Assembly: GCA_035512795.1 (NCBI GenBank)
Contig: DATKDF010000213.1
Location: 1-48,910 of the forward strand
DNA from: Vicinamibacterales bacterium
GTDB lineage: Bacteria; Acidobacteriota; Vicinamibacteria; Vicinamibacterales; SCN-69-37
DNA: 48,910 nucleotides
Direction of reading: 5' to 3'
Part shown: piece by piece, positions 9,126-17,547 of the stretch
Numbering within the stretch: position 1 is the stretch's first letter
Layout: each line of letters opens with the position of its first letter
The notes under the pieces: model-generated
Databases searched by the model: none
What the model was told of the DNA's origin: nothing
Seen by the model: the letters and a program-made list of their open reading frames with translations, nothing else
Made by a program: the position numbers and the translations under genes

Positions 9126-10656
9126 GCCGCGAGCGCGGCGAGCCCAGCGTCCGCCCGAGCAGCCAGCCCCCGGTCGTGACGAGCGCCGCGCCGGACAGCA
9201 GCGCCAGCCAGCCCGGCACCGCGCGCATGTAGAAGAGGTAGAGCCACCAGAAATCCAGGCTGTAGCCGTACTGCTCGGAAAACCCCGGATCGCGACCGGT
9301 CGACGGTCGTGGCGCGGGCGGCGTGGCGAAGCCGGTGACGTAGCGGACGTTCAGCGGCACCGCCGCGAGCGACGCGCGTGTGTTGAGGTTGATCCCGGCG
9401 CGGCTCCAGTCCCAGCGGCGCTCGACGATCTCGATCCGTCCCACATCGGCCAGAACCGTCCCGACCTTCGTGAAGTCCACGAGGACGCCCGGCAACTGTC
9501 CGGCAATGCTGACGAGGACGATCGCCAGGAAGGTCGTGCGCGCCGCGCCCGTGAGGCGCGTGAACCACGGTGCGAGCGGCACGCACACCAGCACCAGCAC
9601 GGGCAGCAGATACCGCGACCCGTACGATCGATCGGCATCCCAGTACTCGAGCGACGCGTAGAATACCGTCAGGCCGCCGGAGACGAGCGCGACGAGCATC
9701 GCCGTGCCGCGATCACGCCGGAACAGGTGCCAGAGCGCGACGAGCGCCGGCCCCAGCACGATCGTGTACAGGAAGACCGAGCGCCCGGGACTGATGAGCA
9801 GGCCGGCGAATCCTTCCACGATCGATCCGAAGGTGGCCGTCGTGTCGCGCAGGTAGCCGGTGTCCCAGATGTTGCCGAACCGGACGTAGTTGTAGGCGAG
9901 CGTCACCCCCGAGGCGGCCGCGCCGGGCACGGCCAGCGCGACCCACGTCCGGAGCGTCGGCCCGACCTCCCGGCCGTGGGCGACCAACGCCCAGACACCC
10001 GCCAGCACCGCCGCGAGCGCCAGCTCATGCCGGACGAGGAGCGCGAAGGCCAGCAGGCTCGATCCGATCCAGAGCGGCGCCGCGCGGCGGCCGGCCACGC
10101 CGACCCACACGCCGTAGACGCCCCCGACGACCGCCAGCGCGGCCACAGGCGCGTTGAAGCCGAACTTCGCGTAGGGCCAGAGCAGGGTGCCGAACCCGGC
10201 CGTGAACGCCGTCGCCGCCGCGGCCCGGGTGTCCGGCTCGACGCGCCACGCGAACAGGAAGACGACCCAGACGACCAGCGCCGCCGCGACCGCGCTCCCC
10301 GTGACGAATGCCGCCTTCCGCACGGCATCCGGCCGGCCGATCGAGAACCCGAGCGTCACTTCCGCGAGGCGCCCGGCCGCATAGAACGGCACGCCCCAGA
10401 TCGCATGCCCGACGCCGTACGGCGCGTAGTACTGCCCGTCGACGCCGAGGTGCGCGTCCATATCGTGGACGTTGTAGGACATCGCCACCGATCCGCGTTC
10501 GACGATGTTCTTGGTGACCTCGTAGGTCATCACGTCGGTCGCGAAGCTCCCGCCGGTCGTCGCGAGGTACAGACAGAGCGCCGCGGCCAGCACGAGTCGG
10601 CCGGAACGACGGACCCCTCGCGGCGGCGGCGCGCCGCGGACGGCATCGAGCCTCAC
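9109..10656 (-). CDS. Polytopic membrane glycosyltransferase, GT-C fold (ArnT-like), paralog of 7566-9125
   Basis: 515-aa ORF with ATTGGSFATDVMTYEVTKNIVERGSVAM and C-terminal SLDFWWLYLFY, both shared with the convergent neighbour. Confidence 0.8.
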   Translation of the reverse strand: MRLDAVRGAPPPRGVRRSGRLVLAAALCLYLATTGGSFATDVMTYEVTKNIVERGSVAMSYNVHDMDAHLGVDGQYYAPYGVGHAIWGVPFYAAGRLAEVTLGFSIGRPDAVRKAAFVTGSAVAAALVVWVVFLFAWRVEPDTRAAAATAFTAGFGTLLWPYAKFGFNAPVAALAVVGGVYGVWVGVAGRRAAPLWIGSSLLAFALLVRHELALAAVLAGVWALVAHGREVGPTLRTWVALAVPGAAASGVTLAYNYVRFGNIWDTGYLRDTTATFGSIVEGFAGLLISPGRSVFLYTIVLGPALVALWHLFRRDRGTAMLVALVSGGLTVFYASLEYWDADRSYGSRYLLPVLVLVCVPLAPWFTRLTGAARTTFLAIVLVSIAGQLPGVLVDFTKVGTVLADVGRIEIVERRWDWSRAGINLNTRASLAAVPLNVRYVTGFATPPAPRPSTGRDPGFSEQYGYSLDFWWLYLFYMRAVPGWLALLSGAALVTTGGWLLGRTLGSPRSRLSVGR

Positions 10657-10663
10657 GGCCGGT

Positions 10664-10669
10664 ATGATA
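10664..10669 (-). promoter_or_regulatory. -10 box TATCAT, 7 nt upstream of GTG 10656 (leaderless-type)
   Basis: Plus strand reads atgata, in the 81-bp spacer after the wzx stop. Confidence 0.45.
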
Positions 10670-10737
10670 GCGCGCCGATCCGACGGCCGCCGGCACGGCC
10701 GTGGCGGCGACGAGCGCGCGGCGGCGCGACGCCCACC

Positions 10738-12216
10738 TCATCGGCGCGGACCCGCCAGGGGCCCCAGCCCGAGCGATCGCAACCAGTCGCGCAGGCTCGC
10801 GATCTCGGTCCCGCGAAAGACACCGACAAGGAGGATGCCTGCCGGAAACGCCGCCAGCAGTGCCACGGCCAGCAGGTCGGCCACGCCGGCCGGCGCGACG
10901 GCACGCGCCAGGATGCCCCCGAGCGCCACGAACAGCGCCACCGCACCGATCTTGGCCAAGCGCGCGCGTTCGTACGGAATCGGGTAGGCGTGATGCGCAA
11001 AGGCGGCCGTGGCCCCGAGGAGCGCGGCCTGCGCGACGACGGTGGCAAACGCCGCCCCCTGCGTGCCGAAGCGCGGAATCAGGACCACGCCGGCCGCCAC
11101 ACTGGCGATCGCCGCGACCAGCGTGATGAGCGGAAACGGCGCGATCCGCTTGGCAATCTGGAGCGCCGTCGACAGGAAGTTGGCCGCCGCCTGCAGCACG
11201 AGGCCGAAGACGAGCCAGGGCATCAGCGCCGCGGCCGTGTGATAGGCCGGTGGCGTGAGCAGCCGCACGACCGGATCGGCCAGGAGCACGAGCGCCGTGG
11301 CCAGCGCCGCCAGCACGACAAACGCGTAGGTCGCCGTGCGGGCGTAGAACACCGGCGCGTCAGGACGCCGCATCGCCTCGAATGCCAGGGGCGTCCAGGC
11401 CGTGATGAGCGCGACCGGGTACAGCTTCAGCGTCGAGGCCACACTCGACGCCACCGAGTAGAGGCCGAGCGCATCGAGCGGCAGGTACCACCCGAGCAGC
11501 AGCCGGTCGGCCATCGCCGACACCTGGTGCAGCGCGCCGTGCGGCACACGCGGCAGCCCGACCACCAGCAGGTCGCGGGCGAGCACGGACGAAAAGCGCC
11601 AGCGCGTCATCCGGCGCCAGGTCGGCCACAACCCGACGAGCAGCACGACCGACAGCACGAGGTCGGCGACCATGAATCCGAGAACGCTCCAGCCGAACCC
11701 GACGACGAAGACGAGCCGCGCGACGATGGTGCCGAAGGCGCGGATCATCGACCAGCCGGCCACGGCCCGCGACCGTTCCTCGATCCGGAGCTGGGTGAGC
11801 GGAAGGAACTGGAAGTTGGAGATGAAGAGGTTCAGGGCCAGGAGCCGCAGCACCCAGATGTGCTCGCCGGCGCCGAAGATCAGGTGCGCAATCGCCGGGG
11901 CCGCCAGCCAGAGGAGCCCGAACAGGACACCATTGACGACCAGCAGGAAGATGGCGGCCGTCCCGGCCAGGTCGCGCTGCCGCTCGGGCGTCCCGTCGTC
12001 GTAATGGAGCCGCAGAAACGACGTGTCGAAGCCCCAGCGGAAGGCGACCTTCAGGAACGCCTCGAGGACCAGGACGAGCGCCAGCACGCCGTACTCCTCG
12101 AGCGAGAGCACGCGCGTGAAGATCGGCAGAAGCAGGGTGTTGATGGCCAGCGCCGCGGCGTCGGCGCTGCCGTACACCACGAGGTGACGGAACAGCCGCT
12201 GCACACTGGCGAACAC
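10738..12216 (-). CDS. wzx: Wzx-type oligosaccharide flippase (MOP superfamily polysaccharide biosynthesis protein)
   Basis: About 12-14 TM segments and Wzx-like length and layout. The ORF track extends to 12258, but GTG 12216 (VFASVQRLFRHLVVYG) lies 6 nt downstream of a perfect TATAAT. Confidence 0.75.
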   Translation of the reverse strand: MFASVQRLFRHLVVYGSADAAALAINTLLLPIFTRVLSLEEYGVLALVLVLEAFLKVAFRWGFDTSFLRLHYDDGTPERQRDLAGTAAIFLLVVNGVLFGLLWLAAPAIAHLIFGAGEHIWVLRLLALNLFISNFQFLPLTQLRIEERSRAVAGWSMIRAFGTIVARLVFVVGFGWSVLGFMVADLVLSVVLLVGLWPTWRRMTRWRFSSVLARDLLVVGLPRVPHGALHQVSAMADRLLLGWYLPLDALGLYSVASSVASTLKLYPVALITAWTPLAFEAMRRPDAPVFYARTATYAFVVLAALATALVLLADPVVRLLTPPAYHTAAALMPWLVFGLVLQAAANFLSTALQIAKRIAPFPLITLVAAIASVAAGVVLIPRFGTQGAAFATVVAQAALLGATAAFAHHAYPIPYERARLAKIGAVALFVALGGILARAVAPAGVADLLAVALLAAFPAGILLVGVFRGTEIASLRDWLRSLGLGPLAGPRR

Positions 12217-12222
12217 CGGCCG

Positions 12223-12228
12223 ATTATA
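12223..12228 (-). promoter_or_regulatory. -10 box TATAAT (consensus), 6 nt upstream of GTG 12216 (leaderless-type, wzx)
   Basis: Plus strand reads attata. Forms an inverted pair with the plus-strand TATAAT at 12238. Confidence 0.45.
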
Positions 12229-12237
12229 GCGGCGGCC

Positions 12238-12243
12238 TATAAT
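12238..12243 (+). promoter_or_regulatory. -10 box TATAAT (consensus) for the methyltransferase operon starting at 12276
   Basis: Perfect hexamer 32 nt upstream of GTG 12276, implying a leader of about 25 nt. Confidence 0.4.
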
Positions 12244-12275
12244 GGCGACCGCATGCACGGGCCGACCGACGCAGG

Positions 12276-13118
12276 GTGGCGCCGGTGAGACGCGTCGACG
12301 ACGCCACCATCCGATCGACGGGGGCCGTGCGCTTCACCTCCGAGTACCACTACGCGGTGTTCGAGTACTGGCGCAGCGCCAAGGTGCTGCGCTACCTCGA
12401 ACGGGGCGGCGTGACGTCGCTCGGCCGCGTGCTCGATGCCGGGTGTGGCGGCGGCGGCATGTGCGTCTCGTTCGGCGAGGAATCGCCGCACGTCGTCGGC
12501 ATCGACCTCGCCGACCGGTTCCGCGACGCCGGCACGCGGCTGGCCGCCGAACGCGGGGTCACGTCCGTCTCGTTCGCCCAGGCCGACGGCGCAGCGCTCC
12601 CCTTCGCCGACGACACGTTCGACACGGTCTTCTCGCACGCCGTCATCGAGCACGTGAAGCGCCCGCTCGCCTACCTCCGCGAACTCCGGCGCGTCGCCCG
12701 GCCGGGCGCGCGCGTGTTCCTGCAGACGGCGCCGTACCTGTCACCGCACGGATCGCACCTGCCCCCGCTCAAGGTGCCAATCCCGCTGCACCTGGTAATG
12801 GGCCGCCGCCTCGCCTTTGCCACGTCGGTCTGGCTGGCCCGCCGCGCTCCCGGCACCCTGAACGTGCCGCCAGCGGGCGCGTCCTTCCTCACCGACGCGC
12901 GGGCCGGCCGGCGCAAGATCGATGACCTCTATTACAAGGTCACCGTGCGGAACCTCCGGCAGCACATTCAGGACGCCGGCTTGCGCGTCATCCGGGAAGA
13001 CCTCTACGTGAGCGGCACCGTGCGGCGGCTGTCGCCGCGGCTGGCCGCCACCGTGCCGTCGATGCCGCTCGTCCGCGACATCCTCATCGGCAACATGGAG
13101 TACCTCCTCGAGGCCTGA
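12276..13118 (+). CDS. Class I SAM-dependent methyltransferase
   Basis: VLDAGCGGGGM motif I, then FADDTFDTVFSHAVIEHV and ARPGARVFLQT blocks. Confidence 0.8.
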   Translation: MAPVRRVDDATIRSTGAVRFTSEYHYAVFEYWRSAKVLRYLERGGVTSLGRVLDAGCGGGGMCVSFGEESPHVVGIDLADRFRDAGTRLAAERGVTSVSFAQADGAALPFADDTFDTVFSHAVIEHVKRPLAYLRELRRVARPGARVFLQTAPYLSPHGSHLPPLKVPIPLHLVMGRRLAFATSVWLARRAPGTLNVPPAGASFLTDARAGRRKIDDLYYKVTVRNLRQHIQDAGLRVIREDLYVSGTVRRLSPRLAATVPSMPLVRDILIGNMEYLLEA

Positions 13119-13123
13119 CCTCG

Positions 13124-13129
13124 TAGACT
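13124..13129 (+). promoter_or_regulatory. -10 box TAGACT, 6 nt upstream of ATG 13136 (leaderless-type, internal promoter)
   Basis: Lies in the 17-nt gap after the methyltransferase stop. Confidence 0.35.
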
Positions 13130-13135
13130 GCTCTC

Positions 13136-14560
13136 ATGCGACTTGCGTGGTTCACGCCCTGGCCGCCGCAATCGAGCGGCATCGCCGGCCGCTCGGCCGA
13201 GCTCGTCCCGCGACTGGCCGCCGACGGCCACGCCATTGACGTCTACGTGCACGAGGGCCGCGTGCCGATTGACCGCCACGCCCCGGTCGAGCCGGTGGAC
13301 CGTGGCGAGGTGCGCGTCCTCGGCGCGCACGACTTCGTGTGGAGGCACGCGCGCCAGCCGTACGACCTGCCGGTCTACCAAGTCGGCAACTCGGTGCTGC
13401 ACGACTTCATCTGGCCGTACCTGTTCCGCTGGCCGGGCCTCTCGATCCTGCACGACGCCCGGCTGCACCATGCGCGGGGTCACGCGCTCCTCTCCCGCGG
13501 CCGCGCCGACATGTACCGTGCCGAGTTCACCTGGGCGCATCCCGGCGTATCGCCCGACGCGGCCGAACTCGGCGTGCTCGGCCTCGGCGGTACCTACCTC
13601 TACGGCTGGCCGATGACCCGTGCGGTGCTCGCCGCCTCGAGACTCGTCGCCGTCCACTCGCGCGGCGCGCTCGCCGACCTCGAAGAGGCCGAACCGGCGG
13701 CGCGACTCGAGTACGTCGCCCTCGGCGAGGGACGCACCGTCCCCTGGACGGCCGACGAGCGGCGCGCGGCGCGCGCGGCGCTCGGGCTTGCCGACCAGAC
13801 GATCGCGTTCGGCCTGTTCGGCGCATTGACCGAAGAGAAGCGCGTGCCGCAGGTTCTCGCGGCGCTCGGGGCCATCGGCGATCGGCACCCGCACGTCCGG
13901 CTCCTGCTGGCCGGCGCCGACGACCCGGCCGTCGACGTCGACGCCCTGGCCCGGCGGCACCGTGTCACCGACCGGGTGCACCGCATCCAGGCACCCGACG
14001 ACGAGGCCTTCGATCGAGCCATTGCGGCCGTCGACGTGTGCCTGTGCCTGCGCTGGCCGAGCGCACTCGAGACGTCCGGGCCCTGGTTGCGGGCGCTCGC
14101 CGCCGGACGCCCCACCGTCATCATCGATCTGCCCCACCAGGGCCACGTCCCGACGCTCGACCCGCGAGGCTGGCGCCTGCACGCGCCGGCGATGCCACCG
14201 TTTGGCGACGAAGACGCCGTGGCCGTGGCGCTCGACGTGCTGGACGAGGCGCACTCGCTGACGCTCGCCCTGGCGCGCCTCGCCGGCGATGCCGCGCTCC
14301 GCGCCCGGATCGGGCAACGCGCGCGCGCCTATTGGGAATCGGCGCACACCGTCGATCGCATGGTGGCCGACGTCGAGCGCGCGCTCGTCCGCGCCGCCTC
14401 GTTCGACGGTCCGGCGGCGACGCTGCCAGACGCGCTCCGGCCGGATCCGTTTGCCCTGGCGCGCCGCCTGGTCGAGCCGTTCGGCGAGGACGCGCGCCGG
14501 CACGTCGATCATCTGGCCAGACGACGTCCGGGCGGGCCGGCCGAGCACCCCTCATGCTGA
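13136..14560 (+). CDS. Glycosyltransferase family 4 (GT-B)
   Basis: 474-aa ORF; MRLAWFTPWPPQSSGIAGRSAELVPRLAADGHAIDVYV N-terminus is typical of GT4. Confidence 0.8.
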   Translation: MRLAWFTPWPPQSSGIAGRSAELVPRLAADGHAIDVYVHEGRVPIDRHAPVEPVDRGEVRVLGAHDFVWRHARQPYDLPVYQVGNSVLHDFIWPYLFRWPGLSILHDARLHHARGHALLSRGRADMYRAEFTWAHPGVSPDAAELGVLGLGGTYLYGWPMTRAVLAASRLVAVHSRGALADLEEAEPAARLEYVALGEGRTVPWTADERRAARAALGLADQTIAFGLFGALTEEKRVPQVLAALGAIGDRHPHVRLLLAGADDPAVDVDALARRHRVTDRVHRIQAPDDEAFDRAIAAVDVCLCLRWPSALETSGPWLRALAAGRPTVIIDLPHQGHVPTLDPRGWRLHAPAMPPFGDEDAVAVALDVLDEAHSLTLALARLAGDAALRARIGQRARAYWESAHTVDRMVADVERALVRAASFDGPAATLPDALRPDPFALARRLVEPFGEDARRHVDHLARRRPGGPAEHPSC

Positions 14561-14775
14561 TCCAGCTCAACGGCGAGCCGCACGCGCTGCCCGGACCGGT
14601 GACGATCCAGGAACTGCTGGACTCGCTCGGCATCGACGCCCGGACGGTCGCCGTCGAAGTCAACCGGGTCGTCGTCGGGCGTGCCACCTACAGCCAGACG
14701 ACCATCGGCGTCGACGATGAAGTTGAGATCGTGGCGTTCGTCGGTGGGGGCGCGCCGGGCTGCGCTAAGCTCTAA
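14554..14775 (+). CDS. thiS: Sulfur-carrier protein ThiS with a 7-residue extension after the GG motif
   Basis: Tail of ORF 13339-14775: [41 protein letters not shown]...[10 protein letters not shown] followed by APGCAKL. ATG overlaps the GT4 stop by 7 nt. Confidence 0.85.
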   Translation: MLIQLNGEPHALPGPVTIQELLDSLGIDARTVAVEVNRVVVGRATYSQTTIGVDDEVEIVAFVGGGAPGCAKL

Positions 14776-14780
14776 GGTCG

Positions 14781-15569
14781 ATGTCGGACCCGCTCATCAT
14801 CGCGGATCGCACGTTCACGTCCCGGCTCGTGGTCGGTACGGGCAAGTACCCGAGCCACGCCGTGATGAAGGCCGCCCACGAGGCGTCGGGCACCGAAATG
14901 GTCACCGTCGCCGTCCGCCGCGTGGATCTCACGAAGCGCGCCGAGTCGCTCCTGGCGTGGATCGACACGACGACGATCGCGCTCCTGCCGAACACGGCGG
15001 CCTGCTACACGGCCGACGAGGCGATTCGCACGGCGCGGCTCGCCCGCGAGGCGGGCCTGTCCAACTGGATCAAGCTCGAGGTCATCGGCGACCAACGCAC
15101 GCTCTTTCCCGACAACGAGGCGCTCCTCGAAGCCACGCGTGTGCTCGTCAGCGAAGGCTTCGTGGTCCTGCCCTACACCAACGACGACCCGGTCGCGTGC
15201 CGCAAGCTTCAGGACGCCGGCGCGGCCGCCGTCATGCCGCTCGGGGCCCCCATCGGCTCGGGCCTCGGCATCCAGAATCCGAACAACCTGCTCATCATCA
15301 AGGAACAGGCCCGCGTGCCCGTCATCGTCGACGCGGGTGTCGGGACGGCGTCTGATGCCGCGATTGCGATGGAGCTCGGCGTCGACGGCGTGCTCATGAA
15401 CACGGCCATCGCCGGCGCCGGCGATCCGGTCGCCATGGCCACGGCCATGCGCCACGCGGTCATCGCCGGGCGGCTGGCGTTTCGGGCCGGGCGCATCGAG
15501 CGCAGACGCTACGCGACGGCGTCGAGTCCGGTCGAGGGCCTCGTCACCGGCCGTGCGGGTCGGAGCTGA
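14781..15569 (+). CDS. thiG: Thiazole synthase ThiG
   Basis: [18 protein letters not shown] (Schiff-base Lys), PIGSGLG and [13 protein letters not shown] motifs. Confidence 0.95.
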   Translation: MSDPLIIADRTFTSRLVVGTGKYPSHAVMKAAHEASGTEMVTVAVRRVDLTKRAESLLAWIDTTTIALLPNTAACYTADEAIRTARLAREAGLSNWIKLEVIGDQRTLFPDNEALLEATRVLVSEGFVVLPYTNDDPVACRKLQDAGAAAVMPLGAPIGSGLGIQNPNNLLIIKEQARVPVIVDAGVGTASDAAIAMELGVDGVLMNTAIAGAGDPVAMATAMRHAVIAGRLAFRAGRIERRRYATASSPVEGLVTGRAGRS

Positions 15570-16989
15570 CGTGCAGGAGGAACGCCTCGACGCGATTCTT
15601 GCCCGGCTCGAACGCGAACGCCTCGACGCCGACCGGGCGTACAACGACGCGCTGACCGCGCTCGATCGCGCGCTGCCCGCGCCCGCCTCGCTGCCCGGCA
15701 TGCCGATCGTCGACGATGCCCGGCGCGCGGAGCTGAACGAACGCTGGAACGTCCTGCCCGAGGGTGCGCCGGCCGTCGACGGCTCGCTCAAGGGCCGGCT
15801 GCGCGGGTTCGTCTGGCGGCTGGTCGGCCCGGCGCTCGAACGACAGCAGCAGTTCAACGCGGCCCTCGTCGATCACCTCAATCGCACGGCCGTCTGGCAG
15901 GCCGGCGTCCATGAGACCACGGCGGCCCTCGTGACGGCCCTGAACGATCAAATCGCGCGCGAGCGGGCGTTCCAGACCCGGCTCATCGAGCTGCTCCAGA
16001 CCCTGACGGGGTACGTCGACACGAAGGACCGCGCCGTGGGCGGTCAGGTCAGGACCGTCAACGCCGGCCTCGGCGCGATGGCCGACGACTGGCTGCGCCG
16101 GTCCGAGTCGCTCGCCGCGCGTGAGGGCCGTCTGGCGGCGCGGCTGGCCTCGCTCGCCGATGTCCAGGCCACCGCGTCGCTCGCACAGCAGACGGCCCTG
16201 TCGCTCAAGCGTGACGTCGAGCGGCTGCTCGCCGAGGGCCGTCCGGACGCAGGCGCCGGGACACCGGCGAGCCAGGCAGCCGCCGCGCCCGATCTCGACT
16301 CGTTCAAGTACCTGGGCTTCGAAGACCAGTTCCGCGGCTCGCCGGAGGTGATTCGGGCGCGGCTCGCCGACTACGTGCCGCTCTTCACGGACGTCACCGA
16401 CGTCGTCGATCTCGGGTGCGGCCGCGGCGAGTTCCTCGAGCTGCTGCGCGAGGGCGGGCTGGCGGCGCGCGGTGTCGACCTGAACCACGAAATGGCCGAG
16501 ACGTCCCGGGCGCGCGGTTTCGAGGTCGCCGAAACCGATGCGCTCAGCTTCCTGCGGGCCCAGCCGGACGGATCGATCGGCGGCCTGTTTGCCGCGCAGG
16601 TGGTCGAGCACCTCGAACCGGGGTATCTGATGGCGATGCTCGAAACGGCCGGCCACAAGCTGCGGCCCGGCGGCCTGATCGTGCTCGAGACCATCAACGC
16701 CGCCTGCTGGCTCGCCTTCTTCGAGAGTTACATCCGGGATCTGACACACGTGCGCCCGCTGCACCCGGAGACGCTCCAGTACCTGCTGCGAGCCAGCGGT
16801 TTCCGCGACGTGCGGATCGAGTTCCGGCCGCCGGAAGCGGAAGGCGATCAGCTCGAACGCGCGGCGGCCCCGCCCGCCGACGCGCCGGCCGGTCTGGCCG
16901 CCCTGGCCGATGTCATCAACGCCAATGCGGCCAGGCTCAACGCGCGCCTCTTCACCCATATGGACTACGCCGCGATCGGACGCCGATAG
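15553..16989 (+). CDS. Class I SAM methyltransferase with a ~270-aa helical/coiled-coil N-terminal domain
   Basis: C-terminal [15 protein letters not shown]...[10 protein letters not shown]...PGGLIVLET. The N-terminal part is rich in heptad-like Leu/Ala/Arg/Glu helices. GTG 15571 (VQEERLD, 1 nt after the thiG stop) is an alternative start. Confidence 0.8.
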   Translation: MRVGADVQEERLDAILARLERERLDADRAYNDALTALDRALPAPASLPGMPIVDDARRAELNERWNVLPEGAPAVDGSLKGRLRGFVWRLVGPALERQQQFNAALVDHLNRTAVWQAGVHETTAALVTALNDQIARERAFQTRLIELLQTLTGYVDTKDRAVGGQVRTVNAGLGAMADDWLRRSESLAAREGRLAARLASLADVQATASLAQQTALSLKRDVERLLAEGRPDAGAGTPASQAAAAPDLDSFKYLGFEDQFRGSPEVIRARLADYVPLFTDVTDVVDLGCGRGEFLELLREGGLAARGVDLNHEMAETSRARGFEVAETDALSFLRAQPDGSIGGLFAAQVVEHLEPGYLMAMLETAGHKLRPGGLIVLETINAACWLAFFESYIRDLTHVRPLHPETLQYLLRASGFRDVRIEFRPPEAEGDQLERAAAPPADAPAGLAALADVINANAARLNARLFTHMDYAAIGRR

Positions 16990-16992
16990 CCG

Positions 16993-17547
16993 ATGCAGTT
17001 TCACGACACGACGATTCCCGGCGTCCGCCTCGTGGAGGCCGACGTGTTCCCCGACGAGCGGGGCCTGTTCGTGCGAGCCTGGGTGGCCGACGAGTTCGCC
17101 ACGGCCGGGCTCGAAACCGGCGTCACCCAGGCGAGCCTCGCGACGAACACCCGCCGCGGCACCGTCCGGGGCCTGCACTACCAGGTGGCCCCGTTCGAGG
17201 AAGTCAAGGTGATTCGCGCAGTGAAGGGGGTCGTGTGGGACGTGGCGCTGGACCTGCGGCGCGGCTCGCCGACCTGGGGCCGCTGGTTCGGCGTCGAGCT
17301 CGGCCAGGACAACCATCGGATGCTCTACATCCCGCCGGGCGTGGCGCACGGCTACCAGCCGCTGACCGACGACGCGGTGGTCTTCTACTTCGTGTCGGCC
17401 CCGTATTCTCCGAATCACCAGCGGGGCGTGCGGTGGAACGACCCGCAGTTTGCCATCGCCTGGCCGCTCGGCACGCCGACGTGCCTGAGCGAGCGGGACG
17501 CGGCGTTTTCCGACGTCGCCGCGGCTCCTCCGGAGCCGCCACGATGA
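16993..17547 (+). CDS. rfbC: dTDP-4-dehydrorhamnose 3,5-epimerase family (RmlC cupin)
   Basis: IPGVRLVEADVFPDERGLF, RGLHYQ, YIPPGVAHGY motifs. Confidence 0.9.
   Translation: MQFHDTTIPGVRLVEADVFPDERGLFVRAWVADEFATAGLETGVTQASLATNTRRGTVRGLHYQVAPFEEVKVIRAVKGVVWDVALDLRRGSPTWGRWFGVELGQDNHRMLYIPPGVAHGYQPLTDDAVVFYFVSAPYSPNHQRGVRWNDPQFAIAWPLGTPTCLSERDAAFSDVAAAPPEPPR

Noticed and set aside
8851-12288. Very long alternative-frame or antisense ORFs. Examples: 8851-12288 (1145 aa), 409-1554, 13004-14548, 15544-17418, 21651-22664, 47091-48638, and the upstream parts of 6756-9065, 6777-9125, 22683-24632 and 26813-28876.
   Set aside because: Their translations are Arg/Pro/Gly/Ala-rich low-complexity strings with no recognisable motifs. 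Each overlaps a frame with clear family signatures. Long spurious ORFs are expected in DNA this GC-rich because stop codons are AT-rich.
14480-14560. TPP (THI-box) riboswitch upstream of thiS.
   Set aside because: thiS starts inside the 3' end of the upstream GT4 coding sequence, so there is no non-coding leader. I saw no CTGAGA...ACCTGA-type THI-box elements.
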